64,000 bases of DNA from Aplysia californica (Eukaryota): the NCBI RefSeq assembly GCF_000002075.1, contig NW_004797279.1, positions 126,826-190,825 of the forward strand. Reading direction: 5' to 3'. The translations under genes and the position numbers were made by a program. Each line of letters starts with the position of its first letter. The stretch's first letter is position 1. The notes under the pieces are model-generated. The model worked only from the letters and a program-made list of their open reading frames with translations. It was not told where the DNA came from and ran no database searches. Shown in pieces: positions 61,708 through 64,000 of the stretch.

Positions 61708-63780
61708 TCACATGGTATTTTGCATTTCATTGGCTGGCCAATTGGTTCGCGCTGTCTCCATCTCTTCTGGTGTTGCCAGGAAGTAATGTCTTATCGGGTG
61801 GAGATCCTCGTCCAGTTCACACACTAAAGGTATCGCTGAGGACAGAAGAGACAGTCGGGGCACTCAGATTTGGAACAGAACAATGACTGGACAACAGCAA
61901 AGTTGAGGGATTTACGCTACACGGTGTATCTTGCACAAGTTGACAAAACCCAAAGTTTAGCTATATGACAAGAAAAGACTTTTTTCAGTACATGTACAAA
62001 GTAAAACGAGCCATATTAATTGAATAAATCGTTATCGGTCAGTGTTACTTCTTGGTATTACCTTTGAGGGCCTATATCTGGGGTTAACGAAGAAGAGCAG
62101 TTCTGGACAACTTAGTGCGCGAAGTGGAATCTAAAAATAAGGACTTCTATAAACAAAAAAGCATTGTTAAGTTGCCTTTGAGTTCTACTGAGACGTGAGC
62201 GAGCAAAATAAAGGCAAATTTTCGAGAGATACGAATGAATCAATAGTAACACTTAAAAGACAAAAAAGGAGCAGACCATACCAGATGGCCTGCCAGATAC
62301 CCACGTAAGAAAGACACCCCCCCCCCCCCCCCCCCAAACAACAGTGGCAATCAGGCGCGGTTCGTCCATAGAGCACGGTCGTGCAGTGCCGCCCAAAATG
62401 TTTTAATGTTCTATGACGTAAAGCACCCACAATAATAAAATAAAAGACGCCAGAAACAAACACTAGCCAAATATTATATCAAAACAAGGCCTTCGCTGGC
62501 GCCGTAACTGTTATTTCTATTCTATAGCGCCGTAAAACATATTCTACTATGCCATACCTAAGTTCATGCGCTGCATCTAAACATAACAGGATAGTCAACA
62601 GTGGAAACCTGACCTATAAATCGCTCTTTGGGATAACCCAAGCGATGACGACACGTGTAGAGAGTTAGGCGGTACATTAATATTAATAAGACGGCACATC
62701 TCAAATGTGCTCCTGCCTAAAGCGCCGAAACATAGCCCACAGTAGGCAATCTAAAAATAAACACCATAGACTGTGCACTATTCCATGCCAAAATTATGTG
62801 GGTCTCGGAGCAATCCAGCGGAGTGCTCAAGTGAATTGTGATTGGTTCATTGTCTTGTCGCTATTTTAAGTGACTCTGTGACCGTGAACCTGAGGGAGGT
62901 GAACGTGACATACTTAAGTCGCCGTCCTATGAGTTGTGCTTTTGAACGGTTTGGTAGTGGAGTGGTGAAAGGTATTAGTATTACTTGAGTGTTCAGTTTT
63001 AATGCAGGATGAATTAAATTACGTTTAGCTAACAAACAGATTTAGTTCTAGAAGTCAAAGCCACAAATAAAAAGAATGAAAATAAAATCACAAGGTCTTC
63101 CTTCACCAACCCAAAGATCCTAAAATTATACACCTTCCCATTTATTCTGCCTTTGATTATCTTCAGCCTAAGATAGCTTAATTGTGCACGTCCACTTTTT
63201 AGACCCACGAGCCGCCCCTAGTGGCAATATCTGCATCAATAGCAGAAACAATATGCAAGTACAATCGACAAGCGATGTAGACTACTATTGAACTAACACA
63301 ATCAACAGTAACGGTAGCAGCAGCAGCAACAGCAACAACAAAGAAAACAACAACAGCAACAACAGCAACAACAGCAACAACAGCAACAACAGCAACAACA
63401 GCAACAACAACATAACCGGTTCGCATTCAACACCAACCCGGTACAGAGAACACGCACAATGGTGTGCGCCTAAAAAATACAGTCAACATTTGTCTAAGAC
63501 AGTCATCCACTGTCCAGGGGAAAAGTAGTTACCTTGGACTGGTGGGTGAATTATGTAGTGTCACTATATAATTCTTTAAAATACGCAAAGGTGCAAATGG
63601 GACGTGGCTTTCTACTAGTGGCCGTTAGAGCAGATTCGACTGTAGACAGAAGATTCATATTAAAGACTAACCGTTGGGCATGCGGAAGTCTGAGCAGTCT
63701 GTGTTGGACAAGGCACCAAGGTGAGTGATCAGTCCCCTCAGTGTGTTCTCGTGAGACGCTATGAGCACCCGCTTGCCGCT
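61708..63780 (-). CDS. Second, divergent phosphoglycerate mutase-family paralog (last two coding exons; 5' part beyond window)
   Basis: Exon 63780-63672 (109 nt, same length and phases as PGAM exon 6982-6874; cag|..|gttagt): SGKRVLIASHENTLRGLITHLGALSNTDCSDFRMPN. Exon 61835-61708 (ctcag|): AIPLVCELDEDLHPIRHYFLATPEEMETARTNWPANEMQNTM*. Confidence 0.88.
63316..63410. repeat. (CAA/CAG)n simple repeat, representative of many microsatellites in the window
   Basis: Direct inspection. Other runs include (CT)n 14711-14756, (ACAT)n 15207-15262, (GTT)n 16320-16373, (TCTG)n 18115-18235, (TAA)n 51493-51555. Confidence 0.85.
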
Positions 63781-64000
63781 CTGGTGACAGAATGGTCCTC
63801 ATAACTCAAAACTGCATTGAATTTTTACCTTCAGAAATTGATACATAGATTCATCAAAATTGAACAAACGGTACACAGACGAAAAACTGCCCATTTTCCG
63901 TGAACCTCAATGTGAACAAATTGTACCTTTTTTTTTAGGAAAACATCTGCATATATGCACTATCTCTGTATTATTTTAATTCACTCCGTCAAGAACAAGA

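Overview
Eukaryotic, intron-rich, gapped genomic DNA. The gene and repeat content suggests a gastropod mollusc (inference only). I built five protein-coding loci by hand from splice signals and reading phase. (1) A cofactor-dependent phosphoglycerate mutase (PGAM, - strand, 13219->5654) with two intact, tandemly duplicated alternative last exons. (2) A secreted serpin (- strand, ~26685->16106, P1-P1' Met-Ser); one exon is not visible and probably lies in an assembly gap. (3) A secreted single-domain fibrinogen-related protein (+ strand, 30686->35974) whose last intron appears to start with GA rather than GT. (4) A 12-exon SLC28/CNT-family transporter (- strand, 52572->38369) with several substituted nucleoside-binding residues. 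(5) The last two exons of a second, divergent PGAM paralog (- strand, 63780->61708), which the ORF track does not show in frame. Introns and intergenic DNA hold an RNase H-bearing I/Nimb-type LINE with a nested insertion, several tRNA-derived SINE families (one shares an identical 41-nt tail with that LINE), RTE, L2 and Rex1-type relics, an internally deleted Harbinger, piggyBac-type and other MITEs, a palindrome-rich element with a 9-bp TSD, and minisatellites built from splice-junction sequence. No prokaryotic-type system such as CRISPR is present. The most notable signals are the three different PGAM C-terminal tails, the altered CNT binding site, the GA donor and the splice-site-derived tandem repeats.
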